Positions 46,833 to 57,965 of a stretch of 64,000 bases of DNA are shown here, in pieces. The stretch is taken from assembly GCA_032718475.1 (NCBI GenBank), contig JAUCBJ010008823.1:19828-83827 (forward strand), given 5' to 3'. The position numbers were made by a program, and so were the translations under genes. Below the pieces are notes generated by a model. That model did no database searches, was not told the DNA's origin, and saw nothing but the letters and a program-made list of their open reading frames with translations. Every line of letters begins with the position of its first letter. Positions within the stretch are counted from its first letter, which is position 1. This DNA comes from Nemertoderma westbladi. Lineage: Eukaryota > Animalia > Xenacoelomorpha.

Positions 46833-48309
46833 TATTTGAAGAGACAGTAACAATACCTGCAATATCTTACTGTAAAGTTTGTGAATCAAATCATAAATCC
46901 GACCTTCTCACCAAAACAGTAAACTCCAAGTAAGCGAATATATTGCAGTATCGATCTCTTATAACCGGTGAGGCAGAAAACAGTCTACGAGCAGACAAAC
47001 TTCGATAAAACAAAATCCCGCGCAGCGAATCCTAAAATCAGGCTGACTCACTGACGGACTAAGAGGCTCGTATACTTTGCCGCGGTGTGATTTATATGGT
47101 TGGGCAAAAGAGACGCTAGCTAGGTGCAGAGATTTGGAGATGTCTAACTAGCGGGCAAAGCGCAGTACGGACAAAAGTTAAATTTTATATATTTTGAGGT
47201 GTAAATAATTTCTAACGCGCGCGTGTGTTAATTCTAAACGGTCAAAGCAGTTTTGCTCCTTCATATATATAATTACTGGGTACGGTGTGCATTTTACAAA
47301 TATTCTAATTTTGTAACTTGTAGGTCCAATACTCACGAATGATAAGGCTCCTTCCCCCTCTTGCGTATTTCCAGGACTCAAATTCAGGCATAAGGTTAAT
47401 GCTACGCCCAGAATTCGGCAATTTTAATTTACCAGGCCCCTAATACTAAGAAGAAATGTGTTAGTTTACTACAGTAGGCGTACTGTTACTAATAGCTAGC
47501 CTGGCGTCCTATCTAGAATTTTGGTTACCTAGGTGGGCTTGGTAACTTCCTATCAGGACGTTGGCGGGGACACGGTAGATGTTAGTATATCCCTAATAGC
47601 CTCAATTTATTTGCGCCTAGTCGTAAACTGCCCTACCGCCTGAACGGTACAATCCCAATTCAGGTGAAACACAGCAACCCTCCTGGCCTACAAGTTCTAA
47701 TGCAATGGACACCGTTGTACTACAAATAGTCGCAAACGCACCTGTACTTAGCAAGAGTTAGGCGTACAGTTTGCTGCACCCTACCAATGTGTATGCTTTG
47801 TACCGGTGTGCCTACGTCCTATCTGCGTACTAGTATCTCTGCCTGCTCTCCCCCCCCCCCCCCCGTAGGAATATGAAGGTCTACTGCGGTTTTTTCCTGA
47901 ATTAAAATGGTACAGTCCCTAAGATGTAATTTTAGGCTTACAGCGTGTCACTACTTCTACCTTTGATCTTTGGTCTTACGCTTAGGTAGCAAGGCATCGA
48001 ACGCTGTCTAACCTTTCAGGCGATGGGCGAATAACTAAGATGGTATTGCGGGTTGTCTCCTGTCTACATTCCCTTGATGTTCCCGTTCATTGCTGCGGCC
48101 CGATCTCTAGCCGGCCATCCTGTTCCTAAGTGTGTTCACCGTAGTGAATCATGGTGAAAAGAAAATGCAGGTAGCGGTATTTATTGCAGATAATAATACA
48201 AAATGTAATCTGAAAACTAATGACAGAATAAACAAATATCAGATAACTCAGAATAATTGTGTAAGTGAAGAGTTAAGATTGAGAGATTGAGAAGTTGAGA
48301 GATTGATAA

Positions 48310-48480
48310 CTAATGAACGAATCGCACCTTTATATAGCAAATTTGTGCTGCAATCAATCGAGAAAATTCTCGATTGTTCTATAGGTTCTAACAGGTTTTT
48401 AAAGATAGCTATTGGTCCAGCTAATATATAACTTGCACGACATTGGTTACAATCTAATAACTGCAGTCTCATTGGTTAAT
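48310..48480 (-). promoter_or_regulatory. Putative LTR promoter
   Basis: Minus-strand CCAAT at ~48471, 48442 and 48411, TATATAAA at 48329-48336, and an Inr-like TCATTAGTT about 20 nt downstream. Confidence 0.5.
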
Positions 48481-48562
48481 CTAGGTACAGACAAATACAA
48501 TTTAATTTGTAGCGGTCAATTTAAATGAGTTGAAATTCTGTACAAAATATAATTCGCACTTA

Positions 48563-48628
48563 CTAGGATTCGAACTCAATACACACTACATATAATTTCC
48601 AACGCTCTACCGACTGAGCTACTGAACC
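48563..48628 (-). ncRNA. tRNA-derived A-box/B-box cassette in the 5' LTR
   Basis: Same sequence as 28446-28511. Confidence 0.6.
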
Positions 48629-48814
48629 ACTTGAACAATAGGCGTACAAATAGATATAGTAAATACAAATGAGGACTTAATGTAATCTTTAATAAAGTTA
48701 ATTCGAATAAAATAAAATTTTGAAAATCCACGGCATTTAGGGAATATAATTCTATAGAGTATGATTAATTGGTTTAAAAATTTACTGGAGACAGTGTGTA
48801 ATAAATAAAATAGG

Positions 48815-49410
48815 TTCGCGGGGGCCTTCGCGCAGCACGAGAGCCTATATTAGAAAGTACATTATGCTAATCTCTATTAGATATACGAAAACCGTCTTTC
48901 CTAAAATATATATGAGTAAAGGCGATACTATCGGTTTGTGATAAACTAGTAAAAACAGAGATCCATTTAAGATTGCCCTTACACACTTTAACTGTTATTT
49001 GTAAACATTTTAACTAGGGCTATTTAAGTTAAGTATGGAATTTTTAGTTTTACAATACTCTTCTCCTTCATTAGCCTCGTTGCGCTTGTCCTGTTTTGTC
49101 TTAAAATAATTTCCCTAAACGGAGACTAACGACCTTTTAAGTCTCGAAACTGTGAGAGTAACTGCTGATTTATGGCAGATGGATACTCGTATCCACTGTA
49201 AACTCGTTGCGTTCGTTCGTTTTTTTTACCAAACTTTCGATTCTTTCTAAACTTTTGACGGACTACATACGTCCCAAGTTTCGTTTAATTACATCAAGGA
49301 ATAACCTAGTTATTAGCGATCAAAAATTTACGACGACGACAGACGACGACAGACAACTCGTTAATGGTACCCATATGCCAAGGCTTCGCACACTTCGTGG
49401 CTCGCCCCAT
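48815..49410. mobile_element. Non-autonomous element with (ACG)n microsatellite (Helentron-associated-like)
   Basis: Shares its termini ggggccttcgcgcagcacg and acttcgtggctcgcccca with the element at 57966-59302. Confidence 0.5.
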
Positions 49411-49654
49411 AAGGTGCAGTACAGTATAATCGTCCGAGGACGCACTAACTCTGATATATTATAATGAATTAATGATTTCAAGAAAAATACTCAGTCGACT
49501 GTCTGACATTTTGTCAACGAATTAAAAGTAATGTAACTTTTATTTAATGTATGTGTATGATATTGGAGGATGCAGTTGTCGACAACTTTGGTTGAATGGG
49601 GTACGTAAGAAGAAAAACGGATTCCCTTATACTAACTTCTAAATTCAATGCGGG

Positions 49655-50130
49655 GTGCGGGCACTAACGTCTCACTTGCAGACAAGGTCCTCAGGCGCTA
49701 ATGACTCGCGGACACTAACGTCTCACTTGCAGACAAGGTCCTCGGGCACTAATGACTCGCGGACACTAATGTCTCATTTGCAGATAAGGTCCTCGGCCAC
49801 TAATGACTCGCGGACACTAACGTCTCACTTGCAGACAAGATCCTCGGGCACTAATGACTCCCGGACACTAGCATCTCACTTCCATACAAGGTCCTCGGGC
49901 ACTAATGACTCGCGGACACTAACGTCTCACTTGCAGACAAGGTCCTCGGGCACTAATGACTCCCGGACACCAACATCTCACTTGCAGACAAGGTCCTCGG
50001 GCACTAATTACTCGCGGACATTAACGTCTCACTTGCAGACAAGGCTCTCGGGCACTAATGACTCGCGGGCACTAACGTCTCACTTGCAGACAAGGTCGTC
50101 GGGCACTATAATGACTCGCGGGCACTAAAG
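49655..50130. repeat. 51-bp tandem repeat (~9 units), possibly inside a MITE (49562-50171)
   Basis: Period 51 (49662, 49713...). Flanking attggagga/tcctccaat inverted pair. Confidence 0.85.
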
Positions 50131-51402
50131 TCCTGAGATATTAGTGCCTGCGGGCACTAATGTCCTCCAATCCCTCAATTAGGTACCAATTACAAAAAGG
50201 AAATACAATGTCACTCAAAAATCAGGACAAATCATCCATCCCTCCTCAATGACAGCCTTATAGCAGAAAGTCCGGATTTTTACTTCCTCTGATTAAGTTT
50301 AACTGATAAACAATATCGGTAGCCTAAAGGGATGCATACTATCACTTTCCTATTCGCTTTTGTAAAATTGGTGGTTATCACAAGCAATTGATTACAAAAC
50401 CTTATGGATGAACTGTGGAGAACTCTTGTCCTCCAAAATGTAAATTAGTTGGATCATTGACAGAACATTTTAATATTGAACTTATACAACAGATGTGCAT
50501 TGATTACTCTCTGTGTATAACCTATAATGAATCGGGTGCTCTATAATATGAATAGATAGATATATATTTAATAAGTAAATAATTACAACATAATGCTGTT
50601 TTTTTATTCTTAGCACATACCAATTCAAATTACGTGAATATATTACTTTATAATATTAATTAGTAATTACTTTACTTATAATATATATATTAGATATAAG
50701 CTAATACAATAATACAACGCGGGTTACATGTTTCAACTGACGTTATTGAACAAATCAGATGGAATCCTGCTCAGTGCTCTGTCTGAAATACAGGTACGTT
50801 CATTAACATTATTACTTCCTATTTCTACACTGAATCAAAAAATATATTCATTCAACTCGAAATAATAGATACAGTTAATCTGGATATAGAAACCTTCATA
50901 ATGGGACTGGACGATTATTTATCGAGATATTTCATAAAAAAATTTAGGAGCTGTCCTGAAATGATTGAAAGTAATTAATTACATTTAAATTGAAACCGAC
51001 TAGCCATTGAGTTTCACCAGCCTGCCTTCAGCCTAATTGTAAAGTCTTGTTCTTCCTGGAATATATAATATTAGTAAATATTATATGTATATATATTTAT
51101 TATATATAATATATATTATATAATTATTATGGGGTTACCACAATTATACCACGGGATCAATTCCACTATTATTTTTTAAATTAATGATTGATTTTCGCTT
51201 AAAGGAATTTCACTGATTGTAAACGATCCAACACTCAATCAAACCTATTGTTTTGTCAAGTAATACAAATGAAACAGTAAAAATAATCTGAAGTAATTAA
51301 GAGTATACATTAATGGGGCATAATCACTTTATTGATGATCATTTATTAATTGGAGATATAGTCATATTTGTAAGTTTATTTGAATAATATCTTGTATAAA
51401 GT

Positions 51403-53667
51403 TTAAGAATTCATGCTGGAACGTGATTCTCCCGTATTGAGGGTTGTTCTTGATGTTGTGTCGTATTTTCGTTTGCGTAGACTGTTGGACATACCATGGA
51501 CATTTAACGACATGCGCCGAGCTTCCGCGTTACAAAGCTTTTTTATATCGCCACTGAGAACACAATTACCAATACATATCCAAACGCCTTGGAAACAGTT
51601 TAAGAATATAAATATATAAGTGATGATTGGCATTGAAGATGAATCTGGTATAAACCGAATCACCCATGGTACACCCAACATTAAAAGTACCAGAGCTGAA
51701 CTGCGAATTTGCCATAATAATTGTTGCCTATTGGGCAATCCCTTAGCTTGCGATCTTCTCTTGTTTGCGATTCGATTTAATTGTCTTGCGATAAATATAA
51801 AGATTATAGAATTACCAATAGTAACCAAAGCCATCGGAATGACAATAAAAATATAGTAGACATAAGTATTTGTCTTTATCCAACATAAATTGATATCTTT
51901 TTCAACGTTGATGTAGTTATTCTTGTCCATAAGAATAACTATTGAACACATTAGCAATGGTAATCCCCAGGCAATACTCATGCATTTGGCTATATAGTAC
52001 TTAATCTGTACTGGAATAATTTTTATGAAAGATAAGTACATATGAAAACCTTCAATAGCCATCCATTGCCACGCCACCAGTAGGAAATAGTGGTTTAGAA
52101 ACCCAAGGATTTGACACCAAGTTTTATTGTATTTCGGATCAATTTCATTGATCAAAAAACAAATGTTGAACAGGAGAAGACTTATCGAAAAGTTGATGTG
52201 AATTTTTCCAAGATTTTCTTCTTTTTTGAAGTATATAAGAGTGGTTATATAAATAATCAGCCCAATAGAAGATAGACAAACTCCAATTATGGATAAGATG
52301 CGAATAGCGAGGTAATGCTGAGTTGCATTTGTTGCTGTGCCATATATATCCATTAGTATTGCAAAATTTGTCATGTGATTGCAAACACATGTTGTTTTGT
52401 CATTTTCTGTCACCTTGAGGTAGCAACCATCCGTTTTCCACTTTCTATCAGTTTCATTCCAGTATACGCATCTTGGGTTTACATAGGTCTTATTAATGTG
52501 TCTTAACTTATAAGTCAGTTTCCACGCATGAGGAATATCTGTTTTCTTAGCATCTGTATTTAATGATATAATATGTGAGTTAATAGCGCTTTTTGAACCA
52601 ATATGTTCAATTTCTTTATCAAAAAAAAGAGTTGTGTAAAAATATAATGCCATACCCTTTGTGAACAATGTTTCATTTCGGGAATTATTATTTGATTTCC
52701 TTTTTACCTGGATTTCAACAGGAATTATAGTTTTTTCATTTTCCATGATAAAAAAGTCTTTATATATTTCTGTAGCAGATAATCTATCTGTTCGTATGAC
52801 AATGTTATCTGAAACTATAATTCTTGAAGTTTCCCCATCGGTACTTAGGGATAATTTCTCAACGGTTTCCGTAAAGTTTATAGCAAAGTCATAAATTTCA
52901 GTTTTGCTAAAATCCCTGGCTGCAAAGTTGCTACAAACGTCTAACAAGTTGTCAGCTACATCGTGTGATGTGTTCCTCTCGTGTAGATTTCTCATAACCT
53001 TTTCAACTGTAATCGCGGTGTAGAATATTTCAGTTTTAGTGAATTTGCCATTCATTGACTTTGTAATATTATGCAGTTGCGATGCTGTTTCCTTAGAATT
53101 ATTTTCATCGACAATTGATTCTGAAATGTTTTGTAACAATTCTGTGGAATTGCTCAACCTTTGACAAGACGTTATGTAATCAGCTGACTCCCAAATCGCA
53201 TCCTCCCCACATTTCCGCGACACCTTCTTTCCTTCTGGTATGGTACATTGATTTGTACCAGATTGCCCTACAGGCACAGAAATCCATGAATATATTCCAT
53301 ATGGAGTTACTTCCCTTTCTTCTTTGCAACAGGAGATCTCGCAATGTTGTGTCTCATTATCAAATACTTTACCTTCTTCGCACGAACTTACATTGATTTT
53401 GCAAACCCCTCCTAAACCATCATCGGATGAGTTTAAATGTATACATGTTAAATATTGTTGACTACAAATTGTTGCATTATCCATCCTCTTAGGAAACCCA
53501 ATGCTGACACAGAACCCACAGGATGGACTATCATTACATTTACAGGTAGTTTCCTCCATCTGCTGCGATCTCTCATTTTCATTGAGATTAGCATAGCTTT
53601 GGCCAAATAATGCAGTCAAGTGCACATCTAGTGTGAAATATATATAAATAAAATTCTTCAACTTCAT
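51403..53667 (-). CDS. Intronless adhesion GPCR (HRM-GAIN/GPS-7TM), 754 aa
   Basis: Hydrophobic N-terminus, Cys-rich ectodomain, GPS motif CVYWN...WKTDGC...CVCNHM|TNFAILM, and seven TM helices with family-B motifs (HINFS, HYFLL...WMAIEG, WGLP, CWI, NCFQG). Confidence 0.92.
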   Translation of the reverse strand: MKLKNFIYIYFTLDVHLTALFGQSYANLNENERSQQMEETTCKCNDSPSCGFCVSIGFPKRMDNATICSQQYLTCIHLNSSDDGLGGVCKINVSSCEEGKVFDNETQHCEISCCKEEREVTPYGIYSWISVPVGQSGTNQCTIPEGKKVSRKCGEDAIWESADYITSCQRLSNSTELLQNISESIVDENNSKETASQLHNITKSMNGKFTKTEIFYTAITVEKVMRNLHERNTSHDVADNLLDVCSNFAARDFSKTEIYDFAINFTETVEKLSLSTDGETSRIIVSDNIVIRTDRLSATEIYKDFFIMENEKTIIPVEIQVKRKSNNNSRNETLFTKGMALYFYTTLFFDKEIEHIGSKSAINSHIISLNTDAKKTDIPHAWKLTYKLRHINKTYVNPRCVYWNETDRKWKTDGCYLKVTENDKTTCVCNHMTNFAILMDIYGTATNATQHYLAIRILSIIGVCLSSIGLIIYITTLIYFKKEENLGKIHINFSISLLLFNICFLINEIDPKYNKTWCQILGFLNHYFLLVAWQWMAIEGFHMYLSFIKIIPVQIKYYIAKCMSIAWGLPLLMCSIVILMDKNNYINVEKDINLCWIKTNTYVYYIFIVIPMALVTIGNSIIFIFIARQLNRIANKRRSQAKGLPNRQQLLWQIRSSALVLLMLGVPWVIRFIPDSSSMPIITYIFIFLNCFQGVWICIGNCVLSGDIKKLCNAEARRMSLNVHGMSNSLRKRKYDTTSRTTLNTGESRSSMNS

Positions 53668-53919
53668 TGTTTTAACACTAATAATATTCGTTTTTGGTTT
53701 ATCAAACTTACTCAGCTAGTAATTGTTTATCCATGCACACTTTTTACTTATGACGAAATCATGATTTCATTCATCATCCATCTTCACTAATCACTAAAAA
53801 GGTCGATCAATTTACACTAAATATATTAATTAATTAATAGTATTACTATAAATTTATAATTTACACTAAATACAATAATTCATATTATTATTATAATAAA
53901 TTAATTCAGTATAATAATG

Positions 53920-56640
53920 TTAGGATCATGATCAAGTTAAATGTCGACATAAATTAGATGTTTTGCTGGGTCCCCACGACTAGGCTTCCCGAAGGTGGAG
54001 ATATTTTCACACCATCAGTTTTATGAATATTGAGAGATATCTGAAGCACATAGCCCACCTCAATAAATGGAGAGGAAATGGTCTAATGTGTCTCCTTGAA
54101 GGACAAACCAGAGTACCTCAAATGCGTTTGTGTCTCCATCATAGGGCTCGATCGGAGTTGGAATTTGGCTGGAACCGGAGCTGGAGTCTGGACAATTTGG
54201 GTGGAGCCGGAGCCAGAGTTTTCAGTTTTTTTAAAAATTTAGTTATTTATTTAAAAAAAATAAAGTACCACTACCGTTAACATTCGTCAATTGCTCATAC
54301 AGTCATACTGTCATATTGACCTAATTAATTTAAGTCAGTAAGTAATTAATTTATCATTTATGGATGGACACAGACAGATGGACATAACTACAGCAGTACA
54401 GTACCTAACTGCAGTAGGTACCTACTGGTAGTGGCACTACAGTAAAGGCCTGCAGGCTGCAGTATACAGTGTGCAGTGCTAGAGCATTTACAATTTTTTA
54501 CAGTACCTGTAGCAGTCCAGTACCAGTACCTACCTACCATACTGCATACGAGCCAAGGTGTACTAAATAACAGGTCATGCAGCGAGCGGATTGGTGAAAT
54601 TAGCATGGGCTGATCTTTTCCCTATTTATGGCACTATTTTCATAATATTTCCTTCGAAACTTATTTTATGCTACTTTTGTTAGGTGGATATGATGACTAG
54701 GGTTCATAAAAATGTAATAAAATGATTTCTGGAATTTTTATCTTGTAGTTGCCAAGGTAACCGGGTGCAAAGTTCAAACTTTGCGCGCCTGTATTTCAAG
54801 GCGACAATGGGTTCTTCCCTTGCGATTTGGTAGGTGATTAAAGGAAATAAAAGTCTATCGAAACATTTTACATTTGAATTTGTTTACATGCAGTATGCTT
54901 GATGCATAAGCTAGTGAAAATAATTGGCCAAATTAGTATTTTGCACAAAATATAATACTTTATAAAATACTTCACTCCGCAACATTTTACAGGATCCGGA
55001 GCAGGAGCCAGAACTGTAGGCCGGAGCTCCAATCGAGCCCTTCTCCATCGGTGCATATGAAGGTTATAATATATATGTACTAATTGCATGATCTCATTTG
55101 GAATCCCATATGCATGAAGAATTTGCATTATGACACAGAATAGAAGGCCTTCAAGAAATCCACAAATATGACAGCTAGATATCTGTCTTACTTTGTTGAC
55201 ATTTTCGAAACCAATTCTAATTCCAACGCACTAGACTTACTTTCTAAGGATTCCTGATGCGATTCAGCACTATTCGGTAGAATGATTTTCAGTATTCTAG
55301 ATAAGACTAATTCCATGATATGTCTTTGGAATTGGAATACCCAATTAGTCTTCTGTTATTGTGGTGCAATCCTAGTGAGGTACACTTCTACTAGAATAGG
55401 GTTGACTAGTTGAACGATCTTAAAGACCTCTGGGGGCACATCATCAACACCAGATGCCCTATTGGTTTTAATGTCCAGAATATGAAAACAGACAAGACCC
55501 CTTCGAATTTTATATCACCTATATTGATGTCGGAGAGTATTGTTTATGATGCAGGCAGGCTTCAGAGTTGTAGAGATATTGTGTTTGTGCATCGTCTGTC
55601 ACTCTCTTTGGTCTTTGTCCAATGCCTCTCGCAGGTCTAGAATGCATATCTGGTGCTGGTTGCCAGAAAATTAGATCTCATAGTTTACTTTTCCAGCGGT
55701 GTCAACTTAATCGTAATATGCATTCACGTTAGTTGATGCAGGTGGTATTGTACTATATAGTTCTGTGTTTGTCATGTGTTGTCTCCAGCTGATATATAGC
55801 GATGCCCTTTGTAGTCTTAAATAATAAATATCAATTCGCTGTTCAAGTCATTTCATCAGTGTCCTTATGTGTTAGCCCCGTACTATAAAATGTGTTGTAA
55901 ATGCTATAAGCCTATTTTTTTCAAAAAAGGTAGTTGCTGTCGATGTTTTGGAATATTATTAATTAACAATAAATTGACTGCAACCGATACTGCTCTTTAT
56001 CTCCATTTAAAATATATGTTGACATTCCATATGTGACAGTGTTGATGGATTATATACTGCAACATATTGGTCATTTTGTTGGAGGAAGAAGTGAGTAGAG
56101 CAATTCAGAGTACTTCAGATCACTATGATATGGTGTAGCTGGGAAAATCACTTAAAAGGAGAATTTAGATGAAGACAGAGATGGTGATGATCTCCTTGGT
56201 TTTAGCAGTGCTACACTGCCAACATACAACTTCCTGAAGAATAATTATAAATTGGTTAAGGTATTCCAATGACAGTCTCCTCTGTGGCAGACTGAATGGA
56301 TTTAGTATGAGTAGGCAGGCAGGCGTAGTAGTATAGGCTAACTGTGAGGAATTGTCAACATGGAAAGACAGGCAGGATCTTCCCATCTTCTTTTTATTGT
56401 TCATCAATAGACCCTTCAATATTGTTTAAGAGCTGTAAGTTATATGCGATCCCATATGAGACTGCAATAATTAAACTACTGTATCATGGTTATACAAATG
56501 AAGAACGTCTTGAAAAACAAAATTTAAATTTGCTGGAAATACAACCATGCAGTTGTTTGAGAGGTATCTGCATGTACCCGTTCATCGCTGTTTAGTAGTC
56601 GAATGGTCTTGTTGATGTCGCCATCTCAAAATGATGCATT
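53920..56640 (-). pseudogene. Decayed LINE (RTE-like) reverse transcriptase region
   Basis: Remnant motifs IFVDFLKAFYSV (~55140-55170), ILHAYGIP, VLQGDTL (~54090) and a degenerate YADD (~53945). The upstream boundary is approximate. Confidence 0.65.
54141..55041. mobile_element. hAT-like MITE inserted in the LINE remnant
   Basis: TIRs agggctcgatcggag / ctccaatcgagccct and an 8-bp TSD tctccatc (54133-54140, 55042-55049). Confidence 0.75.
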
Positions 56641-57570
56641 ATACACTATTCTGTATGGATAATATTCACCATGGATGAGATTTGCGTGCCACTGCTATTA
56701 TAGATAATAATAGAACCCTGTATGTGTGTGTGATCTTGTTCTATGATTTGTTGGTGAGATGAAATTTGGAATCCAGTCATTGAAAATACTGCATTCTGCT
56801 AAATGACACTGGTCTTACTAATTATAATGCATATGAATACTATTCATATGCATTGTAATTATAATCAGTAAGACCAGATAGGGGTGTCACAATGCTTTGG
56901 CATTGGCATGGGAAAGCAAAGGCAGCTGCCAATCCATCCTCTCATCCTATGTAAACCCAGTATATGTATACACCTCTTAGTCTATATCTTTTAAAAACCA
57001 ACAGCTGTTGGTTAGCAAGATATAGACAGCCGTCAATGTGAAAACGAGAAGTTTACTATATCTAACTAATATACAACACCTGTAGCTGTCTCAGTCCAAC
57101 TGGATACTTTCGGCAACGTTGCTGTTAATTAATGTAGTGTGATATCCACCTAACACAAAATATATATGTTATAATTATCTCATCGCAGCAAAATTATAAG
57201 TTTAGAATTTAAAGGGTAGTGAAATTCCTAATACATCCAATAATATTTTTATTTTGAAAAATTAAGTCAATTGATACCCTTTTATCATTTGTACAATTTG
57301 TTTTATTTTTTATACAACATTAATTTATTATATTAAAGAATGTGATTATTAGCATAGATACATAAATATTGCGTATCAAATAACTGCTTGTACATGTACA
57401 AAGTCCATGATACTGTAGATTAACATCAATTGAAACTCGTTATTTGTTCTTCTTTTTTAACTATTAATTCCTGATCCTGATTAATGTTAATAGCTAAACT
57501 GAATCTACTGGTTCGAGGTATATCTGCAAGTAACAGAGTGACACATTGAGTGACACAATTTGTGACATAA

Positions 57571-57735
57571 TGAGTGACACATATCACATGTTTATGTTTA
57601 ACTTGAATTATGACACAAGTCATTATCACTTTTAATGATGTAGTGTTGACATTGAGTGACACATGTCACATGTTTATGTTTAACTTAAATTATGACACAA
57701 GTCATTATCACTTTTAATGATGTAGTGGTGACATT
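57571..57735. repeat. 82-bp tandem duplication
   Basis: tgagtgacacat...gtagtg at 57571 and 57653. Confidence 0.8.
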
Positions 57736-57965
57736 TTAAATAGTTCAGGCTAACCCAACACAGACTTTCATCCTTGACTGTTTGTTGAATTGGAACCAAG
57801 GTGACTTGGTAATCAGAGTGGATGGCTTTACCCCGGTATGCTTGAACATGTTACGACTTCTGTTATCTGGGATCATGGATCCGGAAGTAAGGGTCTTCGA
57901 ATACGTAAGGGAAAGGCATGGGCAGCAATGAATGGGTTTCCAGGATTTGGAAGTCACACATAATA

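Larger units (their letters stand above)
26714..48756 (-). mobile_element. Full-length 22-kb BEL/Pao LTR retrotransposon
   Basis: Two near-identical LTRs, TSD GAGTA (26709-26713, 48757-48761), and a BEL/Pao-type polyprotein. Confidence 0.95.
46833..48756 (-). repeat. 5' LTR (1924 bp)
   Basis: Direct repeat of 26714-28639, followed by the TSD GAGTA. Confidence 0.95.

Noticed and set aside
49655-50128. 157-aa repetitive ORF
   Set aside because: Stop-free frame of a 51-bp tandem repeat with a GTG start and no other coding evidence.
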